DNA of 64,000 nt, from the NCBI GenBank assembly GCA_963798085.1, contig CAWCRS010000005.1, forward strand, positions 608,001-672,000, written 5' to 3'. How positions within the stretch are numbered: the stretch's first letter is position 1; every line of letters starts with the position of its first letter. A program made the translations under genes and the position numbers. The notes under the pieces are model-generated. The model had not been told where the DNA came from. It worked only from the letters and a program-made list of their open reading frames with translations, and searched no databases. Below are positions 17,370-27,040 of the stretch, piece after piece. The DNA comes from an uncultured Gemmatimonadales bacterium (GTDB taxonomy: Bacteria; Gemmatimonadota; Gemmatimonadetes; Longimicrobiales; RSA9).

Positions 17370-20062
17370 GCGCCACGCAGAGGCTGCTGCGGCTGGCGCT
17401 GCGCGTGTATCCGCGTGCGTTGCGCGAAGGCGGTGGTGACGAGCTGCTGGACGCGTACACGCGCATGCTGGAACTGTCGCGTGCGCGGGGCGAGACACAC
17501 GTCCGGACAATGGCGCACTTGCTGTACGACTGTCTGCGTGGTGGTCTGGTGTTGCGGATGCGGCCTCGCCTGCGGCGCGCGCTGCTCGAGGGTGGCGCCT
17601 GGGAAGCGAGCAATGACATGTCTGGTTCGTGGCGCGCGCAGCGGCGCCGGCGGAGGCCTTCAATGATGGGTTCGATTGCGACGGATGTGAAACTGGGGCT
17701 GCGCAGTATGACGAGGCAGCCCCTGTTCGCGCTGATGGCGGTGCTGACACTGGCGCTCGGTATCGGCGCCAACACGGCCATCTTCAGCATGGTCTACGGC
17801 CTGCTGCTGCGGCCGCTGCCGTATGCGGACGGCGATCGGCTGGTGAACATCTGGTCGGCGAATCACGACCTCGGCTGGACGCACACGGATGCGTCGCTGG
17901 CTGATGCGTGGGACTGGAAGCAGCGCACGCATGCATTCGAGTCGCTGGCCGTGGTGGAGCGGGCGTCACTGAACCTTTCGGGTGTCGAGCGACCGGAGCG
18001 CCTGGAGGCAATGCGGGTCACGGCGGACCTGTTGCATGTGTTCCGGGTGCAGCCCGCGCAGGGTCGCGATTTCGCGGAAAGCGACATGCAGCCGGGTGCA
18101 CCGGGCGTCGCGCTCCTGTCGTGGGCGTTTTTCCAGCGACGTTTCGGCGGTGATGCATCGCTGGCGGGGCGCGTGATCCAGCTGAGCGGCGAGCCGTTCA
18201 CGGTGATCGGTGTGTTGCCCGCAAACTTCGTGTATCCCGAGGGCGCACCGGAGTTGTTCACGGCATTGCGCGAGATTCCGGCGGAGGCGAGGCGAAGCGA
18301 TCACTCACACGTGGTGTTCGCACGGCTGCTGCCGGGTGTAAGCGTGGAGCAGGCCAGCCGCGAGGTCAGTGCGGTATCCGCAGCACTGGCGGCGTCGTTT
18401 CCCGAGACGAACCGTGGTTTCACGTCGTATGCGGTCACGGTGCGCTCGGATCTGCTGGGCGAAGTGGGCCGCCAGGCGGCGCTGGTGCTGATGGTGGCGG
18501 TGACGTTCGTGCTGCTGATGGCCTGCGTGAACGTGGCTAACCTGCTGCTTGCGCGCGCCAACGGACGGCGGCGCGAGCTGGCGGTGCGGGTGGCGCTGGG
18601 CGCGCGACGAACGCGCGTGCTGCGCCAGCTGCTCACGGAGAGCCTGGTACTCGCGCTGGCAGGCGGGGCGGTGGGTGTGCTGCTCTCCATCGCCGGGGTA
18701 CGCGCGATCGCGGCGGCAATGCCGGCGGAGGTGTCACCGGTGTTCCATTTCCGCGTGGATGCGGCCGCGCTGTGGTTCGCACTGGGTGCTTCGCTGGCGG
18801 CGACACTGCTGTTCGGCCTGCTGCCCGCGCTGCGCGCCTCGTCGGCCAGCGGCCGCGAGCTGCGCGATGAGGGCCGCGCCGGCGAGGGCCGCAAGGCCCG
18901 GCGCTTCGGCGGCACGCTGGTGGTGGTGCAGACCGGACTCGCCGTGGTGCTGCTCGTGGGTGGCGGTGTGATGATGCGCAGCGTGGTCGGCATGCAGCGA
19001 CAGGATCCGGGCTACGATGCGGGGCACGTGCTCACACTGCGCATGACGCCGCCGGAGTCGAAGTATGCGAATGCGGCCGCGCTGAACCAGTTGTACGATC
19101 GCGTGCTGGAGCAGGTGCGTGCGCTGCCGGGTGTGCAGGCGGCGGGCACCATCCAGAGCCTGCCGGTGCGCGGCTCGAACAATGTGAACACGTTCACGGT
19201 GAGAGGCGATCTCTCGCCGCGTGCCAATGGGTACGCCGCGCGCATGGGCTACCTCTCGCCGGGCTACCTCGAGGCGATGCGGGTGCGCGTGTTGCGCGGC
19301 CGCGCGCTCACCGGATCCGACAACGCACGCACGGCGAGGGTGGCGCTGGTGAACGAGACACTGGCGCGCCAGCGTTTCCGCGAAACGGATCCAGTGGGCC
19401 GCACGCTGATCGTGAATGATTCCGCGTGGACCATCGTCGGCATTGTGGCGGACATGCGCGAGCGTTCACCCACACGGGCGCCCGAGCCGTCGATCTATCT
19501 GCCGGTGGCGCAGGCCGCCACGCGCTCGCGCAGTCTGGCGATCCGCACGAGCGGCGATCCGCTCGCGCTGGCGGAAGCGGCGCAGCGTGCAGTGTGGTCG
19601 GTCGATGCGGATCAGCCGGTGTTCGAGGTACAGCCCATGCAGGCGCTGATCGATACGCGGGTTGCGCCGTTCCGGCTGATCGCGGCGTTGATGCTGGCGT
19701 TCGCAGCCGTATCGCTGACACTGGGCGCCGTGGGCATCTACGGCGTGACGGCGTACGGTACGGGCCGGCGCGTGCACGAGATCGGCATCCGCATGGCCAT
19801 GGGAGCGGAGCAGACGCGCGTGGTGCGCATGATCGTGCGTGAAGGCATGGTGCGCGCGCTGCTGGGCATTGTTGCGGGCGTGGCACTGGCACTGCCGCTT
19901 TCGTCCGCACTGAAGAGCATGCTCGTGGGTGTGAGCCCGACGGACCCGGTCACGTTCGGCAGCGTCGTCGCCTTGCTCGTACTGGTCACCTTCCTGGGCG
20001 CGTGGCTGCCGGCGCGCAGGGCGGCGAGGCTGGATCCGGTGCGCGCGCTGACGCACGAGTGA
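17366..20062 (+). CDS. ADOP-type ABC permease with N-terminal cytoplasmic prefix domain
   Basis: Prefix LLRLALRVYPRALR..GDEL, followed by canonical ADOP motifs. Confidence 0.93.
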   Translation: MSATQRLLRLALRVYPRALREGGGDELLDAYTRMLELSRARGETHVRTMAHLLYDCLRGGLVLRMRPRLRRALLEGGAWEASNDMSGSWRAQRRRRRPSMMGSIATDVKLGLRSMTRQPLFALMAVLTLALGIGANTAIFSMVYGLLLRPLPYADGDRLVNIWSANHDLGWTHTDASLADAWDWKQRTHAFESLAVVERASLNLSGVERPERLEAMRVTADLLHVFRVQPAQGRDFAESDMQPGAPGVALLSWAFFQRRFGGDASLAGRVIQLSGEPFTVIGVLPANFVYPEGAPELFTALREIPAEARRSDHSHVVFARLLPGVSVEQASREVSAVSAALAASFPETNRGFTSYAVTVRSDLLGEVGRQAALVLMVAVTFVLLMACVNVANLLLARANGRRRELAVRVALGARRTRVLRQLLTESLVLALAGGAVGVLLSIAGVRAIAAAMPAEVSPVFHFRVDAAALWFALGASLAATLLFGLLPALRASSASGRELRDEGRAGEGRKARRFGGTLVVVQTGLAVVLLVGGGVMMRSVVGMQRQDPGYDAGHVLTLRMTPPESKYANAAALNQLYDRVLEQVRALPGVQAAGTIQSLPVRGSNNVNTFTVRGDLSPRANGYAARMGYLSPGYLEAMRVRVLRGRALTGSDNARTARVALVNETLARQRFRETDPVGRTLIVNDSAWTIVGIVADMRERSPTRAPEPSIYLPVAQAATRSRSLAIRTSGDPLALAEAAQRAVWSVDADQPVFEVQPMQALIDTRVAPFRLIAALMLAFAAVSLTLGAVGIYGVTAYGTGRRVHEIGIRMAMGAEQTRVVRMIVREGMVRALLGIVAGVALALPLSSALKSMLVGVSPTDPVTFGSVVALLVLVTFLGAWLPARRAARLDPVRALTHE

Positions 20063-20226
20063 TGGCGCCGGCGCGGTGAATCGAGGGCCGGGCACGCCCG
20101 GACAGCAGTCGTGATGCGCGGCCCGGCCCGCCGCTTTGCGTGCGCTGCGACGGACCCATAGCATCCACGCCTCGGCGCAGCGAGCGTGGGTGCAACCAGC
20201 GAGGTCCGTCTGCAGCGAGCCGCAGT

Positions 20227-21840
20227 GTGAGCGAGAAGCGAGTCGGGCGCTGGCGCCGGGCCGCGGTTACGGGTGCGGTGCAGCGCTGGCTGGCGCAGCG
20301 CGACCGTGCGTCCTGGGTGATCTCGCGTGCCCTGTTCCTGCGACTGCTGGGCTTCGTCTACCTCGTCGCGTTCGTGTCGCTTGCCGTGCAGATCACGGGA
20401 CTCGTGGGCGAGCACGGCATTCTCCCGATCGGCCGGTTCCTGCAGGCAGCGCACGACTATTATGGTTCGCGCGTGTACCCGGTCGTGCCGACGGTGCTGT
20501 GGATTGCGCACAGCGATGCCATGCTGCTCGTCGTGTGCTGGGCGGGCGCCGCCGCGGGCGCCGTGGTCGCGGCCGGCATCGCGCCGCTGCCGCTGCTGAC
20601 GCTGGCGTGGCTGCTCTATCTCTCGATCAGCGTGGCGGGTCAGACGTTTCTCAATTTCCAGTGGGACGGCCTGCTGCTGGAAACCGGGTTTCTGGCCCTG
20701 CTGTACGCCCCCACCGGCTGGCGCGCGCGCTGGTGGCGCGAGCCAGCTTCGCCCGCGGCGCGCTGGCTCATCTGGTTCCTGCTGTTCCGCCTGATGTTCC
20801 TGTCCGGCATCACCAAGCTGCTCAGCGGTGACCCGACGTGGCGCAATCTCACGGCGCTGAACTACCACTACTTCACGCAGCCCCTGCCCACGCCGGCGGC
20901 GTGGTACGCGGCGCAGCTGCCGCAGGCCTGGCAGAAGGCGAGCACGCTGTTCGTCTATTGCGTCGAGCTGGTGGCGCCCTGGTTCGTGCTGGCACCGCTG
21001 CGGGGGTCGCTGGCCCGGCGAACGGCCTGCGCGCTGCTCATCGGGCTGCAGCTGGTCATCGCGCTAACGGGCAATTACGGTTTCTTCAATCTGCTGACGC
21101 TGGTGTTGTGCGCCGCTGCGCTGGATGACGAGCTGCTGCTGCGACTCGCGCCGCAGCGCCTGCGCCGGCGGCTGGCGGCGCTGGTGCAGCCGGGGGCAGC
21201 GGCGCCGCCGGCGGCAGACACGCCCGCAGCCCTGACGCCGCTGCGTTCCGCCTCGCCTGCGCGCAGCAGCACGAGCAAGCGCATGCTGGCGGGCGTGCTG
21301 GCGGCGCTGGCAACCGTCACGCTGGTGCGGGAGATGGTGGCAACGGCCAGCGGTGCTGTGCCGCCGTGGATCAACTCCGTGCTCTCGCCGGTGGCGCCGT
21401 TCCGCTCGATCAACGGCTACGGGCTGTTCCGTGTGATGACGACGCAGCGTCCGGAGATCGTGATGGAGGGCAGTCGCGACACCGTGACGTGGCAGGCCTA
21501 CGAGTTCCGATTCAAGCCGGGCGCGCCGCAGCGGCCGCCTCGCCTGATCGAGCCGTACATGCCGCGGCTCGACTGGCAGATGTGGTTCGGCGCACTCGAT
21601 CCGCGCGGCAACGGCAGCTGGCTGGCGCCATTCATGGAGCGCGTGCTGGAGGGCTCACCGGCGGTGCTGCGGCTGCTGGCGCGCAATCCCTTTCCGGACG
21701 CGCCGCCGCAGTATCTGCGACTCGTGCTGTACCGCTACCGCTTCAGCACGCGGGCGGAACGGCGGGCGAGCGGCGCGTGGTGGCAGCGCGAGCTGCTGGG
21801 CACGCTGACGGCGCCGCTCACGCTCGAGCAGCTGCGCTGA
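20227..21840 (+). CDS. Lipase maturation factor (LMF1) family membrane protein (start uncertain)
   Basis: LFLRLLG.VYL.AF.SL, FQWDGLLLETGF, YHYFTQPLP, NGYGLFRVMT and PRLDWQMWF. Confidence 0.92.
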   Translation: MSEKRVGRWRRAAVTGAVQRWLAQRDRASWVISRALFLRLLGFVYLVAFVSLAVQITGLVGEHGILPIGRFLQAAHDYYGSRVYPVVPTVLWIAHSDAMLLVVCWAGAAAGAVVAAGIAPLPLLTLAWLLYLSISVAGQTFLNFQWDGLLLETGFLALLYAPTGWRARWWREPASPAARWLIWFLLFRLMFLSGITKLLSGDPTWRNLTALNYHYFTQPLPTPAAWYAAQLPQAWQKASTLFVYCVELVAPWFVLAPLRGSLARRTACALLIGLQLVIALTGNYGFFNLLTLVLCAAALDDELLLRLAPQRLRRRLAALVQPGAAAPPAADTPAALTPLRSASPARSSTSKRMLAGVLAALATVTLVREMVATASGAVPPWINSVLSPVAPFRSINGYGLFRVMTTQRPEIVMEGSRDTVTWQAYEFRFKPGAPQRPPRLIEPYMPRLDWQMWFGALDPRGNGSWLAPFMERVLEGSPAVLRLLARNPFPDAPPQYLRLVLYRYRFSTRAERRASGAWWQRELLGTLTAPLTLEQLR

Positions 21841-21876
21841 ACGTGACGCGCGCTGGCCGCGGAGCGGGAGTCCGCG

Positions 21877-23457
21877 TCAGCGAGCGGGCGCGCGCGAGGC
21901 GCCCATGATCAGCACGCGATCCGCCGTGATCTGGTAGCTCGTGGCGCCGCCGGGAATGCCGGTGGGCGGTGTGTCGCTTCCCAGCTTCAGCGTTCCGCTG
22001 AACGAGCCATCCTCGGCCATTGTGCCTGTGAAGGCCACGGGGACGCCCGCATACCCGGCAACGGTACCGGTGGCGGTGGCGGTGAAGGTGCCGTCGGCGT
22101 GCAGCGGCCCGGCCACGGAAACCCAGGGCGCGGGACCGGTGAACGTGATCAGGGGATCATCCGTGCTGGAAGGCGCGGGCAGCACCACGGTGGCTCGCAA
22201 CACCGCGTTAGCAGGCAATCCGATCAGGGGCGCGTTGGCAAACGGGTCCGTGGTGACGGCCAGCGTCGAGTTGAAGGTGGCGTACCAGTTGTCGAGCCGC
22301 ATGACGGCCGTGATCATGGCGACATCGCCGCCGACCAGGTGCACGTACCAGCTGCGCTGCACGGGTCGATAGGTCTCGATGCGATTGGTCTCACCGTTGG
22401 CGAAGTCCGGCAGATCCGGCACATCGAGGGAGTAGTCGCCGGGCGTGTGGTAGTCCGCCACCGGCAGCGTGATCGGCGTGTTGATGACGCCCATGGAGAG
22501 CGTGGCGCCCATGTGCACGCCTTCGGGCAGACCCGTGATGTCGAGCACCAGGAATCCCGCCTGCGCATCGAAGTCCACGACCAGGGGCACATCGAAGCCC
22601 GGAGCCACGGTAAACGTGCCTGCGAAGCTGCGCGGCACCCACCAGAAGCCGTTCGGGTCCACCTCGTAGGTCTGCCAGTTGTAGCCGCCGGGCTCTACCG
22701 CGAAGCTCTGTTTCGCTTCGGTGAATTCGTACGCGGGACCGGTTCCGGGGAATAGTTTGAGCCAGCTGCCCACCGTGGACGGAGGGACGCCCTGCGCCAC
22801 GAAGTCGACCTGTCCCGTCTGCCGATTGTACTGGAAGGCACGCTGCACGCTGTCGTTCTTCTGCAGATCGAACGCGCCGGTGGGTGCGACTCCGGCCCAG
22901 CAATGCTGCAGCGGGCCACCCGTCACATCATTGATGTGCCAGTTCCAGGTGCCCGCCGGCAGATCCTGCAGCGTCGTCGAGGCCGTGATCTTGTGGGTCG
23001 TGTTAGCGGGACCCGTGAGATCGATGTCGGCGTCCACGCCGCTGGCGAGCCCGTTGACTTCCACCACGAGCACGGCCGTGCTGCGCAGCAGCTGGATCTG
23101 GCGTGAAGCCGTGAATTCCGTGCCCGAGCCGGCGCGCACGGTGAGCGTTCCGGTGCCGAGCTGACTCCCGGCCACCTGTACGCTCGCGCCGCTGGCCGAG
23201 CCCACGATGCTGAGAGGAGCGCCGGCCTCCCAGGCGAACGTGGTGGGACAGTTCGCGCCGCTGGATGACCAGTGCGCGGTCGCGGTGAACGGTTCGTTCG
23301 TGTAGAAGAGCGAATTCGCCACGGAAATGGCCAGCGAATCGAGGCAGCCGGCCTGGTCGCTGGAGCACGCGGTGCAAGCGACGACGAGTGCGGCGGTGGC
23401 GCCAGCCAGCTCGAGTACGCGACGACGCGAAATCGGAAGAGGTGTAACGCGGAACAC
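21877..23457 (-). CDS. Hypothetical exported beta-rich lipoprotein, possible Tat signal
   Basis: GGAGG then GTG at 23457; SRRRVL followed by a hydrophobic stretch and ACTAC; repeated G(L/V)P..V beta-sandwich units. Confidence 0.7.
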   Translation of the reverse strand: MFRVTPLPISRRRVLELAGATAALVVACTACSSDQAGCLDSLAISVANSLFYTNEPFTATAHWSSSGANCPTTFAWEAGAPLSIVGSASGASVQVAGSQLGTGTLTVRAGSGTEFTASRQIQLLRSTAVLVVEVNGLASGVDADIDLTGPANTTHKITASTTLQDLPAGTWNWHINDVTGGPLQHCWAGVAPTGAFDLQKNDSVQRAFQYNRQTGQVDFVAQGVPPSTVGSWLKLFPGTGPAYEFTEAKQSFAVEPGGYNWQTYEVDPNGFWWVPRSFAGTFTVAPGFDVPLVVDFDAQAGFLVLDITGLPEGVHMGATLSMGVINTPITLPVADYHTPGDYSLDVPDLPDFANGETNRIETYRPVQRSWYVHLVGGDVAMITAVMRLDNWYATFNSTLAVTTDPFANAPLIGLPANAVLRATVVLPAPSSTDDPLITFTGPAPWVSVAGPLHADGTFTATATGTVAGYAGVPVAFTGTMAEDGSFSGTLKLGSDTPPTGIPGGATSYQITADRVLIMGASRAPAR

Positions 23458-23549
23458 GATCCTGCCTCCTGCTGCCGGGGTTACGCCCGCCCGGGCGGAC
23501 GCAGAAGATGGCAGCGGGCAGGAGCGACCGTCAACCACGGGCACACGCT

Positions 23550-24050
23550 TCAGTCCCCGGTGTCAGCCTCCAGCTCGGCGGTGAATCCGAAGAGTGCCGC
23601 GGGATCACGGAAATTGTCGGGATTGGAGACTTCCTGGATCCACTGCTCGTAGTAGTAGCCATCCTGATTGGACGGCCGCTCGGGCCGAAGCCAGAAGTTC
23701 AGCTCGTGCGACAGCTTCTCCTCCAGCTCGATCTTCTGGTCCGGCGAATACACGGAATACAGCTCGAGACCCGCGGGGCTGATCGCGACCCGCCACGCGC
23801 GGTACAGCCCTTTGCCGTCGGGCGACTCATAGCGCACGTGGAAGCCGTATTCCGCGATCATGCCGCCCGGCGCGCGTGGTAGCGCACGCAACGCGGTCTG
23901 CAGTTTCGTGACGGCCTTGCGCTGCGCGCGCGACACGCCGGATTGGGCGAGGATCCAGTCACCAAGACGAAGTGCTGCCTGGATGAGCGGCTCGTCCGCC
24001 GGACGCAGCGCGTAGTGGGACGGCGCTGCGCGGGGATTGTCGCGTTTCAC
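23550..24050 (-). CDS. Hypothetical protein
   Basis: Protein-like composition; starts 12 nt after the stop of the Ig-domain gene, with a GAGGG RBS. Confidence 0.65.
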   Translation of the reverse strand: MKRDNPRAAPSHYALRPADEPLIQAALRLGDWILAQSGVSRAQRKAVTKLQTALRALPRAPGGMIAEYGFHVRYESPDGKGLYRAWRVAISPAGLELYSVYSPDQKIELEEKLSHELNFWLRPERPSNQDGYYYEQWIQEVSNPDNFRDPAALFGFTAELEADTGD

Positions 24051-24062
24051 CTGCCATGCCCT

Positions 24063-25886
24063 CTACTTCTGGAAGCGAACGATCGCGCCTCTGACCGTGC
24101 CCTCGGCATTGGAAGCCACGGCGCGGTACCAGTGCGCCAGTTCCGAGAGCACCGGCGTAAGGATGAAGGAGAAGGGTTGGGGCGCAAGGCCTGAACCGAT
24201 GACCTGCGCGGGCGTGGTGGCAAAGGTCGCGAATGTCGAGTCGGCGCTCCACTCGAACCAGACCGTGGTGGGCAGGCCGTTGGGGTTGGCCGTCCCGTTC
24301 AGCGTGGCCGTACCCTTGGCGAGATTGGTTGCCGCGTCCGTCGTGATGGCGGGCACCATGCCCGAGGGCGGCGGCGGCCGAATCGCGAAGCTGAGAATGG
24401 CGCCGAAAGCACCACCGGTGGCGCTGCGACCCACGATGCGATAGTAGATCGTCACGCCGGTCGGCGGCGCAGGAATGATGGCGCTGACATTGAGCGGGGC
24501 GGCGCCATTGAACGTCTGCGCGGCTGTGGAATCATAGCTCTGCAGTGAGGGATCCGTGCCCCACTGGAACCACACCTGCGTCGGCGAGTTGTTGGGGTTC
24601 ACGATGCCGGGCAGCGACGCGATCGTGCCCGGTGACACGCTGGTGGGCAGCGTCATCACCGTGGGCAGCACGGGCGGAATGATGAACGTGATCGTGTCGC
24701 TTATCGTCGTGCCGGCCGCATTGGTGGCGACGATGCGCGCGACGTACCGCGTGTTTGGAAGCAGTCCCTGCAGTGCAGCCGACATGGGAATCGAGCCGAG
24801 GCCGCTGCCCAGGTTCTGCCGCGCTGTGAGTGCCGACGGCGTGGGCACGACGCTCGTGCCCCATTCGAACCAGGCCGCCGTGATGGCGCCGTTGGGAATC
24901 ACGCTCGCCTGCAGCGTGGCCATGCCGGAACCGATGTTGGTGACGCGCAGGCTGTCCGTCGCGGGCGCTATGGGGATGCCCGTGGCCGTAACCTGGCCGT
25001 GCGCGCTGCCGCTGGTCGCGCCAATCTGCACACTGCCGATACCCACGATGTGCGCGACACCATGCTCATCGATCTGCAGCACACTCGGATCGGATGATGT
25101 CCACGACACGGGCCGCCCCGTGATGACATTGCCGCGTCGATCGACGAGGACGGCGCTGTACTGCCGCGTGCTGCCGAGCGGTGTGGAAGCCCCCGGCGGA
25201 TCGACCGTGATGCCGAGGGCATCGGCGAAGACGCGCACGATGGTCGTGTCCGCGAACGCGCCCGCGCTCACCACGACATGCGCATCGCCATCCGCGCGCG
25301 CCACCGTGAGACCGCTGGTGTCGACCGTGGCGACGGCCGGGTCCAGGCTGACCCATTGCAGACCGACACCGTCGATGGTGTCACCCGTGGCGAACAGGGC
25401 GGCGCCCTGCAGGCGCAGGCTGTCGCCATAGGCGGGGATGGTGGCGAGTCCGTGCGGCGCGCGCACGGCCGCCACGACGGGCGCAAGTGAAGCATTCACC
25501 GAAGTGGTACGACCGATGCGCAGCACCGCCGGCTGCGTGCCGCGGAACAGGGCCGCGCTGCCGCGCTGCACTTCCACGTCGAGTGAAAGCGTCTCCGTCA
25601 GCTTGTGCAGGCTCACGACGAGCTGCTCGCGCGTCGCCGTGTCGGCAGGCTGGAAACCCACCTGCGATTCCTTGCGCGTGCTGGCGGCATCGCGGAAGCG
25701 CATTAACAGCTGGTTAGACTTCAGAAACGCCTGGCGCGCGCCATCGCCGCTGGCGGCGATGGACCAGCTGAGCGCCACGTCCGCCGGCTGCGCCAGCGCG
25801 GGCGCCTCGACCGGCGCATTGTCACAGGCCGGCTGCGACAGCAGCACGCCACCCACCACGACCGCAAGAACACGCCGCCACGTCAT
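24063..25886 (-). CDS. Surface protein with Big_2 Ig-like domains and three FN3-like repeats
   Basis: Signal peptide with PAC; W.S.DP.VATVD..G twice; three ATL.G.V.PNG..T..WFEWG-type repeats. Confidence 0.85.
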   Translation of the reverse strand: MTWRRVLAVVVGGVLLSQPACDNAPVEAPALAQPADVALSWSIAASGDGARQAFLKSNQLLMRFRDAASTRKESQVGFQPADTATREQLVVSLHKLTETLSLDVEVQRGSAALFRGTQPAVLRIGRTTSVNASLAPVVAAVRAPHGLATIPAYGDSLRLQGAALFATGDTIDGVGLQWVSLDPAVATVDTSGLTVARADGDAHVVVSAGAFADTTIVRVFADALGITVDPPGASTPLGSTRQYSAVLVDRRGNVITGRPVSWTSSDPSVLQIDEHGVAHIVGIGSVQIGATSGSAHGQVTATGIPIAPATDSLRVTNIGSGMATLQASVIPNGAITAAWFEWGTSVVPTPSALTARQNLGSGLGSIPMSAALQGLLPNTRYVARIVATNAAGTTISDTITFIIPPVLPTVMTLPTSVSPGTIASLPGIVNPNNSPTQVWFQWGTDPSLQSYDSTAAQTFNGAAPLNVSAIIPAPPTGVTIYYRIVGRSATGGAFGAILSFAIRPPPPSGMVPAITTDAATNLAKGTATLNGTANPNGLPTTVWFEWSADSTFATFATTPAQVIGSGLAPQPFSFILTPVLSELAHWYRAVASNAEGTVRGAIVRFQK

Positions 25887-27040
25887 CGGACCACCGTACC
25901 GTTGAAACGGATGGAAAGCGAAAGATCGGCACCTGTGTAATGGCTTTCGCCGCCGGCGCTCGATTCCGCGCGCCCGAAGCGGAAGTGCGCGCCGGGCACC
26001 AGCGTGAGCGTGCGCGTGGGCAGCTCGAGTTCGCTGCCCAGGCCGGCCGTGAAACCACGCCGGTCCGCGCCGTCGGAATGAAGAACGCGCAGATCGGCGG
26101 ACGGCACCAGCACCGCCCGGCCTATCGGCGAGCGTATGCCGCCACCCGCGTACAGCAGTCGCTGTGCAGGCAGCAACTCCGGCGGCTGCATGAACTCACC
26201 CGAGTCGCGCCGCAGCCAGCCCAGGTAGAGAATTGCGCTGGAGCGCGCGATCGCGAAATCGAAGTTACCAACCACCTGCAGGCGATTCCCGGTCTGGAAG
26301 AGATTCTGGCCGTCGCCTTCATCGGCGTTGTAGCGCTGCCAGCCCACGCTCAGGGATGCCTTGGCCGCGGAGCCGAGCGTGCGATCGATGGCCGCGCGCA
26401 GCTGCAGCTGATTGCCCGGACGATAGTCGAACACATCGCCGGCCAGCGGATGGAAGGAACGCGAGAGCACGTAACCCGCGCTCACGCCTGCGGCGAAGCC
26501 CGCGAAGGGCCGCGTGACCGCCACACTCATGCCCGCACCGCCGCCGGTGCCCCAGTTGCTGATCCGGAACGGCAGCAGATCCGCCGCCACCGTGCCCGCC
26601 GCCAGGATCTCGTCGAAGGACAGCGAACGCTTGCCCGTGGGCAGCACGACAATCCCCGTGAGCGACGCCATGCCATGGCCGAACGCAAGGCGGGCGCTCG
26701 CTTCCGTGTCGGTGAGCCCCGAGAGCGTGCCCACGGTACCATCCGCCTGCTCCAGCGAGGCGCGCGCATACGCACCCGACAAACTCAGTGTCAGGCCGGG
26801 GCGCACGTCGGTGCGCAGCCCGAACGGCACAGTGAGCAGCGATACCGAGCGGATATCGAGCGCCTCCGGTGTCTTGAACGAATACGACTCATAGGTGACG
26901 CCCGTCCCGAAACGCGGGAGCGTGGCCTGCGCAGACAGCAGGCCGGGCGCGAAGAACGCCGCGAGCAGTGTCGCCTGAAATACGAGGGCGCGCGCGGCAC
27001 GGCTCCGCATACGCGAGGGCATGACCAGGGGCGGCCTCAT
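25883..27040 (-). CDS. Putative outer-membrane beta-barrel protein
   Basis: Signal peptide, amphipathic beta strands, SGLTDT...LPTG motif and C-terminal LSLSIRF; TGATG coupling. Confidence 0.72.
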   Translation of the reverse strand: MRPPLVMPSRMRSRAARALVFQATLLAAFFAPGLLSAQATLPRFGTGVTYESYSFKTPEALDIRSVSLLTVPFGLRTDVRPGLTLSLSGAYARASLEQADGTVGTLSGLTDTEASARLAFGHGMASLTGIVVLPTGKRSLSFDEILAAGTVAADLLPFRISNWGTGGGAGMSVAVTRPFAGFAAGVSAGYVLSRSFHPLAGDVFDYRPGNQLQLRAAIDRTLGSAAKASLSVGWQRYNADEGDGQNLFQTGNRLQVVGNFDFAIARSSAILYLGWLRRDSGEFMQPPELLPAQRLLYAGGGIRSPIGRAVLVPSADLRVLHSDGADRRGFTAGLGSELELPTRTLTLVPGAHFRFGRAESSAGGESHYTGADLSLSIRFNGTVVR

